Assembly: GCF_006345805.1 (NCBI RefSeq)
Contig: NC_042999.1
Span: forward strand, 60,264,001 to 60,328,000
DNA length: 64,000 nucleotides
Source of the DNA: Octopus sinensis
Lineage: Eukaryota
Direction of reading: 5' to 3'
Part shown: one piece after another, positions 28,103 to 42,106 of the stretch
How the letters are laid out: the number at the start of each line of letters is the position of its first letter
Position numbering within the stretch: position 1 is the first letter of the stretch
Made by a program: the position numbers and the translations under genes
The notes under the pieces: generated by a model
Databases searched by the model: none
The model's input: only the letters and a program-made list of their open reading frames with translations
What the model was told of the DNA's origin: nothing

Positions 28103-28720
28103 AAGTGGAGGCACATGGCATAGTGGTTAGAGCAGCGTAGTCTCGGTCGAGGGATCGCGGGTATGTTTATGAGCGAAACCCCTAAGCTCCACGCGGCTCC
28201 AGCAAAAGGTAATGGCGAACTTCTGCTGACTCTTTCGTCACAACTTTCTCTCGCTTTTCCTCTTGCAGCTCACCTGCGACGGACCGGCGTCCCGTCCAGG
28301 TGGAGAACCTATACACCAAGGAAACAGGGAAACGGCCTTTTTGAGCCAGGCGTGGCTCGAGAAGGAACAAACATCAACAACAGTGGAGGCGCAATGGCCC
28401 AGTGGTTAGGGCAGCGGACTCGCGGTTTCTATTCCCAGACCGGGCGTTGTGTGTGTTTATTGAGCGAAAAACACCTAAAGCTCCACGAGGCTCCGGCAGG
28501 GGGTGGTGGTGACCCCTGTTGTACTCTTTCGTTCCAACTTTTTCTCACTCTTTCTTGTCCCCGACTTCCTACGCAACCGCTGAGCCTGGATGCGCATTCA
28601 TCCTTCCGTCGATGCTCTCGGTGTCGGGGGTTGACCTGCTTTCTCTTCTGCAGGTCTTACGAATAGCAAAGGACTAACATTTCGGACTTCCGTCAATGGG
28701 ACAAAGACCGCTTCGCTCAA
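28103..28720 (+). mobile_element. Two tandem SINE family C copies
   Basis: Heads at about 28103 and 28381 (agtggaggc). Confidence 0.8.
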
Positions 28721-29287
28721 CAAACAAAGAAACAAACAAACAAGCATCAACAACAATAATTAACAAGTTCATACATAGGTAACCTTAATTCCGACGATGT
28801 ATTCACTAGGTTATTGATATTCTTTAGCTATTTACTTTTGCATCATGTTCTGTACAGCTAAAGCGGCATCAGCAGTAGCAATGAAACATTTATCAAGCAA
28901 CTGTTACGTCTGATATAAACAGAATTATATAAAAAAACAGCAGCAACAACAACAGTAAAAGTTACAACAATAATAACAAAAACATTAAAATAATAGCGAT
29001 TTTTAAATATTTATCATTTATCTTCAGACAAATAATACAAATGAATATGCAGACAAAAACGTATATGCTATAAAAGAATATAAAGTATTTAAAAGTTAGT
29101 ATCATATCAGAAAGAACATAAGTATCATCTATAAATGAAGATGATGATATATGATAAGACTGTTGTTGTTGTTGTTGTTAAATCTAATGATAACGGCAAT
29201 AACCTTAATAATATTGATAATATAGAGAAAAAGTTGATGGTGAAAAATATAAATATATTGGTAATTCATTATCGCCTTCTTCTTCTT

Positions 29288-29318
<31 letters not shown>

Positions 29319-29330
29319 TTATTATTATTA

Positions 29331-29363
<33 letters not shown>

Positions 29364-29383
29364 CATTATTATTATTATTATTA

Positions 29384-29420
<37 letters not shown>

Positions 29421-31774
29421 TGTGCAGCTGTTGATGTAGAGGAAGATGCAGTAGATACCGTCTGTATATTTTCTCATAAAAGATGGTAGATAAACTGCTG
29501 GATAATACTGGAAGTCTTTGACGAGAGCAACAAAAAGTAACCCATTGAGTTCCACTTTAAGTGAATGTTCAAAGACAGAGCCGTTCTCCAGATGGGTGTT
29601 GTTGTTGTTGATTGAGTAAAATATTGATAACAGTTCTACTTGGAGAAACAAGTTTTGTAATATTATGAGTTATACCATTGTATCGTACAATTTATCACTT
29701 AGAAATATCTGTCTACTGATGATTTGAAAATGTACTAAGAAGGCTACTTAAAAACATTCGACAATGGAATAAGATATCTTAAAGAAACGATTGATAGTGT
29801 AAATTCTGTATAATAGATTAGTGTTTCACTCTCAACATCTTGCTCTGTATTTTGATAATTAACATGCGCAAAGAATAGGAGTTAGCGTTATTTTTCTAGT
29901 TCACTTACTGAATTTTGCGGAGGACGAGTAAATATCAATGACTTTTACAGACTTTCCGAGATGGGGGAGCTTAATGGCATGAATGTTGCGTTTATACTGT
30001 TGCAAGCGAAGACCTGCGGGAGAAGACATGATCAAGGAGTGGGTCCTAGAGGGATGGTGTTCGAGGTAGGAAATACTTGGAAGAGTGGGAATGCAGGGCC
30101 TGGGTGGTATATTGGCGTATATTACAAGTTTGATGCGAAATGAAGAGATGAGTCGGTCGGTAGTGGGTGAGTGTACTTAGACAAACCTGACTAGTCACCT
30201 CTGTGGATCAGAAGCCATTAGAGAAAAGACAAAGTATCATGACAATAAGGAGATATTGTGGCGTGTTTGTCAGTGAGATAATTTAAGACAAGATTGAATT
30301 TTCCTTACTTGTCAGTATCTTCCGTTCAATAAAGTTTATCAGTAGTAAAATAATATGACAAAACAAATTGAATAACTAGTAAAGCAACACGCTGTTAATC
30401 TACTACTACCATAGTATAAAGCAAGTTGTATGTATGAACTAAATACGCGATTTTGAAGGAAAAAGAGTGACATGATTTGGAAAAATCATATTTGAAAAAT
30501 CACTACTTTAAAGATGTGAAGAAGAATTTTTAGAGATGATTTAAAATTTATCTATACATTAATACAGAGAAAAAGATGAATAAAAGGCAAGTAAAGGAAC
30601 TGAGAAATTATTGGGAGATTGCCTTGAAAAGATATAGTGCAATACTTTGGGCAAATGTAATTAACGGCTTAGGTAGAGTAACTAACTTCCAGAGACATTT
30701 GAAAAGACAGCTGTCTGTTTATTGACGAAGTTTGTCTACATATAGAAAACTTCTTGGATGAAACTGAAACTGAAAATATATTAAGAAAGGTACACAGTAA
30801 AATTGTATAATTGGACACAGTGGTTTTTTTCTTTCTTTTTTTTTTTGGTCATTAATGAAAACTTAGAAGCATTGTGCTTGTATCATAAGCAATAGCAATA
30901 ACTACAAAAAGGAGACAATAGAATATCAGCGCATTGGCTATATGCTACAGAATGGGTAAGATATTAAAAAAGGAGGTGATGTTTTGTAAAATCATCGATA
31001 GCAAACAATATCTGAAGACAGAAACTTTGAAACCTAGAAAGAAGGGAAAGCTGATGTAGAAGGAGCTAACGTTTTAAACTCCTATTAAGAGAGAATATAA
31101 GAGTAATTTCAAATAATGGGCGCCTAAGGAATTATCTCTCATTATTTACAAAGATGAATTAATACGACATTTTCTCTTTGTTTCCCGTCTGCAAGAATGC
31201 GAATCGTTTGAAGCATACTTTGTTGTATATCTCGGGAGGGTTCATTATGCCAATAATAAACATACGCACTGGTTCTATTTCACTTCTTTATTTTGTTTTG
31301 TCAATGGGTTTACTATTTAACTAATAAACAGATCGATAAGTAAATCAGTCAATCAATCAGGTTTCTCAAAGGCCTTTCGTCACCGTTCACAGCTTCATCC
31401 TTGAGATGCCTTCGCTACTCCAGGTCTACTAAAATTTTTCGAAAATGCTACTTTTTAATACTGTATAGGAATAATGAGTTCTCTTACCTACAGTAACTAA
31501 CTTGTAATAATGAAGCACAGTTCGGGTTTGAATAAAACTCTGGTTCTTGTTGTATTAACCCTAGATGGGTGAAGGAACATCAAGCATATAAAAAGTGTAA
31601 GCGATTTTCTGTGAATAGCAAATAGAATCATTATAAAATATAATGGGATCCAAGAAGATTTCGTGGCAACAACGATAAAAGTTGGCTCTCATCACTCAAA
31701 GATATATTTGAACTTATATTAGATGACAATAATGATATAGGCGTAGGAGTGGCTGTGTGGTAAGTAGCTTCTTA

Positions 31775-33794
31775 CCAGACAGACGTGCTGTTTTTTGCTC
31801 CGGCAAATGTCACGTGTTAACGTGAATTTTTGAACATTTACGGCAACAGGTAGGACATTTTGGATATTTTTGGAAGCATAGTGAGGTTTATTGCTTGCCG
31901 TTAATACTTTTTTGGCATTAATGTTAATTAGTGTTAACACTTTTCTGCGCGTAATAGGCTTCACTTGCTTCGGATGTATTTGTTCTGCCTGTTGGCGTAT
32001 TTATTGTCTCACCTTTTAGTGAGAATTGTGTATTTTGAAGAGGCATAGCCCCTCCTCAAAAATTAATTTGTTCGCTTGGATTTACCACAGAGAACCAATT
32101 GTGCTTGGATTTACCACGGAGAACCAAGTGTGCTGCAACTAAGAGTACCCTGTTTCGTGAGGATTACCAGTTGCAGAACTGTGTTGCCATTATTTGAACT
32201 GTCTTCCTTCGTCCTTTTCTCTGTTCTGTCTTTCTGTTCTGTCATTGTGTTTTTTTCTTATTGGACTTTGAACTTTTTGTTGAACTTTTTTTCAAAATCA
32301 TGGCAACAAAAGAAACCACTGCTTTGGAATGGGAGGTTGTCCCACCCAAGCAGTGGATTGAAAGTCTTGAGAAGAGGACGGTGGTCCTACGAACCTATTC
32401 TAGGTCGCGTGGAGCTATCGCCCTCTTCGACAGGAGCACCATAGAGAAAGAGTTGGGGGACCACCTACCAACGATAAAGTTTATTTCTCGGGGGACTAAA
32501 TTTGCAACGGTGTGGTTGCTGTTTGGTACTCCCGAGGAAGCTAGCAGATTTGCTAGCGAGCCACTGGAGGGAGAGGAAATTTTGTTCCTCCCCTCGTGTT
32601 GTGGCAGAAAAGTAAAAAGAGCCTGGGTTTGTGGGCTGCCCCCGGGCACGGAGGCGGAATGGATCGAGAAGACCATCCGGCGAGGCCTGGGGGATAGCGG
32701 ACTCAGGCTACTGAGTGTGAAAATGGCTCCCACGGTCGCCTGGGAGGGGTCAAAGGCAACTTTGACCCTGTGGACACCGGTGGCCGTGGGAGAAATGAAA
32801 TTCCCGGACTTCCTGAGAATGGCTGGGCACAGGTACCCGGTGATACTCGAGGGACGCCCCCCCAAGTATCACCTGTGCCTGAAGCCCGGACATATCAAGA
32901 GGAATTATCCCGGGGGCCGTGGTGGTGCCCCGGAGCATGAAGGGGAAAAGGCGCCCGCCGCCCCCTCATTGGAGGGGGAGACGGTGGAAGTCGTGGAGGA
33001 GGTTGCCTCCACGAAAAGAAAGAGACAGGCGAGCAACAATGGCTGCTCGCCAAAGAACGTGTCTGGTGACGGAGTCCCCTGGGTCAGCAGTCTCCCCCAA
33101 AAGAAGGAGGAGAAAAAGAAAGAAAGGTCGGGCGGCTGATATCCATGAGCCGCAGACGTTGGCGGGAACTGTGCCGCCAACGAAAGAACTGAACGTATTG
33201 GTCCTCTTCTATAGAGGAGGAGAAATTGAAAAAAAAATGATGGAAGAGTACCACAAGGGAGCTCCTTTAGCCTTCACACAGGACCCCGAATGGCCTCCGC
33301 ATATAGCTGTGGAGGCCGTGGCGTTCGACGTGACGCTTGGGCTAAAGGAGCTCAATGAAGATTATAGCTTGGTCCCGGGCGACGCGAACTCGGAACTTGA
33401 TTACGTTCTGAGGGAGGCGTGTATGATGGTGGAGGGCGCGGGCACAAGCTATTTCGAGGACGATATGTAATTATTGAACTGTTAGTATTAATAATGGACT
33501 GCTAAGTCCAAAAATTGGAAAATTGAAAGAGGTTTAATACCTCGTTTTGCATTTTTATTAATAATGGACTGCTAAGTCCAAAAATTGGAAAAATTGTAAG
33601 AGGTTTAATACCTCGTTTTGTGTTTATCTTTAAAAAGAACAATGTTTTAGAGAAGCGAAAGTCGGCGGGCGCTTTTTGTCTTCTCCCATCCTTATCATCT
33701 GTCTTTCATTATCATTCACTTCATTAATGTCCTCGTCCAGCCCGCAAAGCTAACTTAATCTGTGTACTGCCTTTATGGCAAATGTTTTGAAATA
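31775..33794 (+). mobile_element. ORF1-only non-LTR element (Tx1/L1-like) inserted in a SINE-A head
   Basis: Flanked by the duplication aagtagcttc(c)tta (31762-31774 and 33795-33808). SINE-A head lies to the left and SINE-A body to the right (to ~34196). AATAAA at 33791. Confidence 0.7.
32300..33470 (+). pseudogene. LINE ORF1/gag-like protein with decayed CCHC knuckle, frameshifted
   Basis: ATG at 32300 (MATKETT...). VILEGRPPKYHLCLKPGHIKRNYP is CX2CX4HX4C with both outer Cys changed to Tyr. Continues in a second frame to the stop at 33470. GC-rich relative to its flanks. Confidence 0.65.
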
Positions 33795-33935
33795 AAGTAG
33801 CTTCCTTATTAACCACATGGTCCCGGGTTCAGTCCCGCTGCGTGAAACCTAGTCTTCTACTATACCCTCGGGCCGACCAAAGCCTTGTGAGTGGATTTGG
33901 TAGAGGGAAACTGAAAGAAGCCCTTCATATATATG

Positions 33936-33992
<57 letters not shown>

Positions 33993-34852
33993 TTGTGTTT
34001 GTCCCCCCAACATCGCTTGATGCTGGTGTGTTTACGTTGCCGTAACTTAGCGGTTCGGCAAAATAGACCGATAGAATAAGTACAAGGCTTACAAAGAATA
34101 AGCCCTGAGGTCTATTTGCTCGACTAAAAGCGGTACTCCAGCATGGCCACAGTCAAATGACTGAAACAAGTAAAAGAGGAAAGAGTAAAAGAGTAAGCAA
34201 AAAGTTATTATCCAGAACAACTTTATTATGAAATAGACTCCCGCCGAGGTCGACTTTGCCTTTCATCTTTTCGGGGTCATTAAATTAAGTACCAGTTGCG
34301 TACTGGGGTCTATCCAATCGACTGGCTCTCACTCCCAAAATTTCGGGCTTTGTACCTAAAGTAGAAAAGATTATGAAATAGACTCCTGCAAAAATAACCA
34401 CTGGAATATTTTAATAGAATTCATCCTCCTAGTTTGCTATGCCCGGTTTATTCGAGCGGGCTAATTAAATAAAAGCAATTTGTTGGAATAAATGAATCAT
34501 GGTTGATTATACAAAATTGTCCCTCAAAATATCTCAACAAATTCTGTAAGGTACAGTATAAACTGCTTGAATGTTTTCTCGTTAATCTTGGAAAATTTTG
34601 CGACCTTACTTGTGTTATTTGCGCTAAACAAGTACACATTACTATGTAATATGTTAATAAATTGAATGAATGTATTTCCCTTCCTTTCTAGATGTTGTCT
34701 TAACACAAAACAGTATGTACGAATGTTGTTGCAATGCGACAAATAATTTATTTTAAACACGTGAAAAATATTTCAAAAATACATTTGAAATGCAATGTCA
34801 TCAATATTTTTACACTATTAGATGTAAAATATAGCTTTGAAATATGGTACTT

Positions 34853-35378
34853 AGTGGAGGCGCAATGGCCCTGTGCTTAGGGCAGCGGACTCGCGGTCGT
34901 AGGATCGCGGTTTCGATTCCCAGACCGGGCAATGTGAATGTTTATTGAGCGAAAACACCTAATGCTCCGCAAGTCTCTGGCAGGTGTGGGGTGAACCCTG
35001 CTGTACTCTTTCACCACAACTTTCTATCACTCTTTCTTCTTGTTTCTGTTGTACCTGTATTTTAAAGGGGCTAGCCTTGTCACACTCTGTGTCACGCTGA
35101 ATCTCCCCGAGAACTACGTTAAGGGTTCACATGTCTGTGGTGTGCCCAGCCACTTGCACGTTAATAAATGAGCTGCGACGTCACTGGTGCCAAAGTGTAT
35201 CGGACTTTGCCTTGCCCTTGGATAACATTGGTGGAGTGGAGAGGGGAAGCTGGTATGTCTGTGCGACTGCTGGTTTTCCAAAAACAACCTTGTTCAGACT
35301 TGTGCCTGGGAGGGTAACTTTCTAGTTGCAATCTCATGGTCATTCATGACCGCAGGGGCTCACAGCACAACAAATATG
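34853..35378 (+). mobile_element. SINE family C copy (long form)
   Basis: agtggaggcgcaatggccc head and gtttcgattccc. Confidence 0.75.
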
Positions 35379-35414
35379 GTACTTAAGATAATGGTTGCGA
35401 GATGACGCTTCGGC

Positions 35415-35680
35415 GAAACATCACGAAGCGGATGCTACGGTTCTTTGGCGACGTCATGCGCCGGGATGGACTTTAGCGGACGATCATAACTGGCAGAGTA
35501 ACTGGCAGACGTAAAAGAGGCAGACCTCCCACTTCTTGGCTGAAAGACATCACAGCCACAGGATTGTCTTTATTATCAGCTGTCCATGGGGTAGAGGACA
35601 GGAGAAGGTGGCAAGACATCATGATGACCACAGCATCACATAGTGCAAAACCTGACTAGGATGATGACGATGAAGATAAT
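35415..35680 (+). mobile_element. RTE-clade LINE 3' end
   Basis: LRFFGDVMRRDGL*RTIITGRVTGRRKRGRPPTSWLKDI...EDRRRWQ followed by a (GAT)-like tail. Confidence 0.75.
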
Positions 35681-35845
35681 TCAACACAATAAGCTAATAT
35701 AAAACATAACAACCCAGACTGAATCATACATTAAGAAAAGTATGACACTACTTCATGTAAAGGACGCATCAAGGAAGGAGTTTCGATGTAGTCAGTGTTC
35801 AAATATTGCCGACTCGTGGAATTATATTCAAAATTATATTCAATA

Positions 35846-36074
35846 GGTGGCAAGCTGGCAGAAACGTTAGCACACCGGGCGTAATGCTTAGCGGTATTTC
35901 GTCTGTTGTTACGTTCTGAGTTCAAATTCCACCGAGGTCGACTTTGCCTTTCATCCTTTCGGGGTCGATAAATTAAGTATCAGTTACGCACTGGGGTCGA
36001 TGTAATCGACTTAATACCTTTGTCTGTCCTTGTTTGTGCCCTCTATGTTTAGCCCTTTGTGGGCAATAAAGAAA
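35846..36074 (+). mobile_element. SINE family B copy
   Basis: Near-consensus core and tail. Confidence 0.85.
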
Positions 36075-36145
36075 TATATATTCAACAGCTGCGTTTATAT
36101 TGAATAGCTGCGTGTAGAACGGCTTCTGCTATCTCTCGACTCTTT

Positions 36146-36485
36146 TATTCTTTTACCTATTTCAGTCATTTGACTGTGGTCATGCTGGAGCACCGCCTTT
36201 TTGTCGAAGAAATTGACCCTGGTACTTATTCCATCGGCCTATTTTGCCAAACCATTAATTTACGGGGAAGTAAACACACCAACATCGGTCGTAGAGCGAT
36301 GGTGGTATGGTGATGGGGACAAGCACAAACACAAAGACACAGTTTCAGTCTACCAGATCCACTCACAAGGCTTTGGTCGGTCCGAAGCTATAGTAGAAGA
36401 CACTTGCACAAGGTGCCACGTAGTGGGACAGAACCTAGAACCCATGTGGTTGGTAAGCAAGCTTCCTATGACACAGCTACGCTTC
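36146..36485 (-). mobile_element. SINE family A copy
   Basis: Reverse complement of the family. Confidence 0.75.
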
Positions 36486-36489
36486 TTGA

Positions 36490-37350
36490 AGCCAACTCAA
36501 CTACTCTCCTCGACTCGGAAGGGAAGGCGGACTTCATCGGCCTGGTGGCATTAGTGAAAGAAGCTCTGAGATTGGTAAAACCAAAAGAGACTCTACTCAG
36601 ACGCTTTCTTCTGGGATCAACCTCGAATCTACTCTTTAAATTCTATTTCAAAAGGAAACTTAAACTGGAGGAAACCCCACCACCTACTAAATACTGTAAA
36701 TTAGTTGAAAGGAAGGTGGACAAACGTGGTAAGTGGCCTGAAGGAGTGGAACTACTGTGAGCTTGCGTCTGTAGGGTACAGAGAAGGGAGGGAAAAATGA
36801 GAGCTTTCTTGTGGTATTTTGATCCACGACTGGTGGTGGTTCTTTCGTTACCCTGAGGTGCACGCCTTCCTGTTTGGGACATCTGTCGCTATAATTTTTC
36901 TTGTGAATTGTTATCGTTGTATTGCTTATACGCTTATATGTAAAGTCCTTCTGCCCATTGTCTATGAAATGTTGTAATTGACATTTCGACCCTTGTAACT
37001 AAGGGAGAAAGCAGTTTTCTTCTGCTTGGTGGCTATAATGAACGAAATAATGTGTTAAACGAGGCTGGAAGGACTGGATACAGATATTTTCCTCTTCGGC
37101 CAAGCTCTGAGTGACCTCTTCGAGTTCCACTTGATAAGGAAAGTGAGTGTGGAAAGGGATGTGCTGCCCACCCCTCCAGTATTTTTGTTGAAAAGTGGAT
37201 GAATGTGGACGGCTTGTGTGAATGGGCCTTCTCTGAACATAGGATGTAAGCCAGAGGAGATGAGAAGGAGTGAGGTGCTTGCCTGCTCTTGGCGCTTTCA
37301 TTGGGAGGCACAACCCGCTTTTTCGAAATTTTATTGATAGATTATATTGA
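36490..37350 (+). mobile_element. Two consecutive LINE ORF2 C-terminal fragments (Tx1-like)
   Basis: DFIGLVALVKEAL...LLGSTSNLLFKFYFKRKLKLE and VFFCLVAIMNEIM...LFGQALSDLFEFHLIRKVSVERDVL align with each other. The clade assignment is from recall. Confidence 0.55.
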
Positions 37351-38428
37351 TACATTTTTGTTGCTAATGTTTACTGTTTCATTTTAATTCGTGCAAGGCC
37401 ACGTCTTCTTCTTCTTCTTCTTATTATTATTATTATTATTCTATGTTTGAAGTTTGCTTTACATTTGCACAAGCTGGCTCCAAATCTCACCCAGAGACCT
37501 CAAGAGACAACAAGTTGGAAGTTCATGTTGGTGTTATTATTATTATTTTTATTATTATTATTATTGTTGTTGTTGTTGTTGTTATTGTTATTGTTATTAT
37601 AGACGTCACACAGTATACAATATCGTGAGGTTTTTAGATTGACGATTTGGTGTCTACCGTTTGCCAAGTCACAACAAGGACCTCACACAGACATACGGAA
37701 GGGATTGAGATGTTGAACATTTTCACCCGACATTTTAAACTCAACTTACAGATTTTGTTGTATGCTATTAACAAACACATGGACTGGTACTATTTCACTT
37801 CTTTTGTTACTTTTTGTCAATTAGTCAACCAGTTAGTTAATTAACCAAACGATTGTTTGATAATTCGTTCGATCAATCAATCAATTATATTATTAATTAG
37901 GTATGTTTGTCAAAATACTTTCTTCGCCATTCGTTATCTCATCAATAAAATACCTTCCCTACTCCGACTCTGCTTCGAGACAGAGATACAAAAAAATCCG
38001 GTTCAACACATGAGATCATAAACAAGAATTTCGTAAATCGAATCCAAAAATATACGAAAACGAAATATTCATCACAGCTCAATTCTGTTCTTCGCGACAT
38101 CTTCCCAGTTGTTCCCATATTGGTGTTTCTGTCCCTTAAAGAAAATCCCTAGCAATGGTGCTGGTTAAACTAATGATCATGATGTTATTGGTAATTTCAG
38201 ACATATATTATTTTGCTGTTGCACCAAGAAACTGATTGAAGATAGAACGAAAACAACATATCAATGTAATTTTTTTAGATATGGTTCCAAGCAAGAAGTC
38301 CATAAGATAAAAGTCTCTAATTCATATTTATATCTCCACATTTTTCATTGTTTTCTGTTTTTATGATTTCATATATATATATATATCACATATATGCATA
38401 TCAAATATATATGTACCATATATATCAT

Positions 38429-38468
<40 letters not shown>

Positions 38469-38919
38469 GTGTGAATATATGTACATTATATATATGTGTA
38501 TATATATACATATATGTATATATATGTATATATATATATTACATGAATCTATATATAATATATATATGTATATATATGTATATATATATAATTACATGAA
38601 TGTATATATATATATGTATATATATGTATATATATATAATTACATGAATGTATATATATATATATATAATATATATATATATATTATATTATATATATAT
38701 ATATGTCTCTATGTACATTGCAATAGAACTTTGAAAGAGGGAAAAAACTAAATGAAAATAGATAAAAAGAAATCTTATTATTTACTAAGATCTTCGTTCG
38801 TATCATTTCCCCTGACAGAAAACAATAGTAAACTTTGCAGACAGCTTCAAATTCTTCGGACGCAATAAATAACCACACACGTACATATAGAACGCTTACA
38901 TTATATAATACAAAATATG

Positions 38920-38989
<70 letters not shown>

Positions 38990-39153
38990 AACAACTTTTC
39001 TTCTAAACATGCTATACTGAAGATAGAACTGCCTGCGAGTTCAATAATTTTATTAAAGATTTTTCATATTTCATTATTACTCCTTTATGTTTAGTTTGGA
39101 AGTATTACTTTCTCAAGTTTATTAAAGTTTCGAGATCTTTTCCTACCATCAGA

Positions 39154-39222
<69 letters not shown>

Positions 39223-39480
39223 TACATATACATATATGTACATATCTACATCTACTGGTATATATACATGCATATATAGGTACAGGACATAAAAAACGTT
39301 GAACACAATGAGAAACGAAAACATAACAACAAAAACATGGAAACGAACTTATACATAAGTATGTATGTATCTATGTATGTATGTATATATGTATATATGT
39401 ATTATATATGTGTGTGTGCATATGTCTGTGGTTATTTGCGTGTATGTATAAATGCATAAACGTCTGTATGCCTATAACCG

Positions 39481-39563
<83 letters not shown>

Positions 39564-39795
39564 GTCCGTCTGTCTATCTAATTGTGTGTATGTGTATGTG
39601 TGTGTGTGTCTGTGTGCTTGTGTGTGGTTAGTGGTCATTAGAAACCAGATTGCAAGTTCGCTCTCGTGTGCATACAGGAAGATGTATTATTAACATTAAT
39701 TAAATTTAATTTAATTAATTCATTAAAATAAATTAAGAAAGCATGTGAGAGTTTTTTCTAGTCTGTAGTAGTCTATGTAATTCTTAATTGAAGAA

Positions 39796-40095
39796 GTGAA
39801 AAGAGGAATAAGCCAGGCAATATGTCCCTTTGAGGAAATTCTTGCAACAGTAAAGAAACGCAAGCTCAGGTGGTTTTGGCATATTGCCTGCTCATCAGGG
39901 GTGGCCAAAACTATTCTTCAGGGAATTGTCAAAGGTGGCAGACGCAGAGGCAGACAGAGAAAGTGGTGGGAAAACAACATCTGTGAGTGGACAGGCCTAA
40001 AGATGAGAAAGGCAGAAGACAGAGATGGGTGGAGGAATCTGGTCGCGAAGTCATCAGTGGTGCCCCAATGGTCAACCAGACTACGACATATGTAA
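39796..40095 (+). mobile_element. RTE-clade LINE C-terminal fragment
   Basis: ILATVKKRKLRWFWHIACSSGVAKTILQGIVKGGRRRGRQRKWWENNICEWTGL. Confidence 0.85.
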
Positions 40096-40435
40096 TGTAA
40101 TAATAATGAGCTGGCCAGTAGTTCAATGTATTTCTGAAAGTGACCATAACAAGTGAGTGTCTGTAGATATTGCAGAAGGAATGAAAAGAAGGCAGTATCT
40201 TTTTTACGGACCTCAATGGTCTTCTCTGCAGTGTGAATACCTTTCATCGATATACACACATATATGCAAACATGCAATCTCATACACTCATATATACAAG
40301 AGAGGTTTCTTGAAAGTTCGGAAGCTGATTAGTTTTTAAATAAATCAGTAGACTTATTTTTGTGCTGCCATCTCGTTATGTTTGTCGGGCTCAAAATTTT
40401 TGGAGGACTCATACGGACCCACACACACACACACA

Positions 40436-40488
<53 letters not shown>

Positions 40489-40622
40489 ATGCACATGCAC
40501 TCGCACAATTTCATTATATCAATGAAAACTAGTGACCTACTGCAAAGCGTGTAAAAAAAACCTGGCATGACATCAGCTTCATTCTGATGTTTCAAATTAA
40601 TTACATCGGACTCTCTCCTTAA

Positions 40623-40945
40623 TTGCTTCAGTCATTTGACTGCCGCCATGCTGGAGCACCGCCTTTAGTCGAGCAAATAGACCCCGGGACTTGTTCTTTG
40701 TAAGCCCAGTACTTATTCTATCGGTTTGTTTTGCCGAACCGCTAAGTTACGAGGACATAAACACACCAGTATCGGTTGTCAAGCAATGGTAGGGGGACAA
40801 ACACAGACACACAATCATATACACACACACATATATACACACACATATATACGACGGGCTCTTTCAGGTTCCGTCTAACAAATACACTCACAAGGCTTTG
40901 GTCGCCCAAGATGCCACGCAGTGGGACTGAAACCGGAGCCAATTA
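40623..40945 (-). mobile_element. SINE family A copy, internally deleted
   Basis: Reverse complement of the family tail and body. Confidence 0.75.
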
Positions 40946-41237
40946 AGAAATACTATAAAAGATTAGTAAAAAAGACTACAGTCAGAGTGTAGATTTAATA
41001 CTATCATGTTCTTGAGAATGAAATCAACCTCTCTGTCTGTATATCTACCCTCTTTATAATGTTAGCAATCGAAATAGGGATAAGAACGTGCATGTCCGTT
41101 TGATTGGAAAATTTCTATAGGTGGCTGAAGATTGCTCGATATTTTAAAACTGATGTAATGCTTACAGTGTTTAATAAAATGAAGTAGCATGAAACGACCG
41201 TACCACATTACCTCGGATATACTTGTTGCTTATATTG

Positions 41238-41275
<38 letters not shown>

Positions 41276-41418
41276 CAATACGTAAATACATACACACATA
41301 CATATATGCACACACACATACACACACACATATATATATACACACACATATATATACATGTATATATATATACATACATGTATATATGTATATATATATA
41401 CATGTATATATACTATAT

Positions 41419-42049
41419 ATATAAACAAGAAGGGTAGTAATATTATTTACTACCAGGTGCCCAGCACAAAAGACGAATTAGTCATAAGACAAAAATATTA
41501 TTCATATAGAAAAATATTATTCATGTAGTTATACAATTAAGGCTCCTAAATTAAGATGCCGAGTGCTGGGAACACGAAAAGGGGATGAATTTATCGAGAG
41601 TGAAAATCAAAAACGTTTACCGATAACTTTAACAACTCGAACCGCGGTTTCTGCTTCTTTCTAGCAAAACACAGAATATGTTTGCTAAGGCTAGCTTCGT
41701 CAGCGAGTCGCCTAAATTGAATCGAGGTCTGCAGCGATGTGGGACCATGTGTTGGTCTCGACTACTAGCAGATCTTAACTTTTCAAATCTCTGCCCAGAC
41801 GCAAAACTTACACGGCAGTATAGCATGCCGGGAAGAATTTACATATAAATCCATCATGTAATATGTGAATATAAACAAGAAGGTAGTAATATTATTTACT
41901 ACCAGGTGCCCAGCACAAAAGACGAATTAGTCATAAGACAAAAATATTATAGTTATCGGTAAACGTTTTTGATTTTCACTGTCGATAAATTCATCCCCTT
42001 TTTCGTGTTCCCAGCACTCGGCATCTTAATTTAGGAGCCCTTAATTGTA

Positions 42050-42051
<2 letters not shown>
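41419..42051 (-). mobile_element. Non-coding HHR element: 450-nt monomer, ~83-bp terminal redundancy, inverted 5' segment
   Basis: Direct repeat 41419-41501 / 41869-41950. 41951-42051 is the reverse complement of 41530-41628. (TA)n flanks. Confidence 0.85.
41633..41710 (-). ncRNA. Type I hammerhead with long stem II
   Basis: CGACUCG CUGACGA a GCU..UAGCAAAC..GUUUUGCUA..AGC a GAAA CCGCGG UU^CGAGUUG. Stem I is 7 bp and stem III is the palindrome ACCGCGGU. Confidence 0.85.

Positions 42052-42106
<55 letters not shown>

Noticed and set aside
29710-29740. ctgatgatttgaaaatgta core-like match
   Set aside because: No room for stem II and no stem I.
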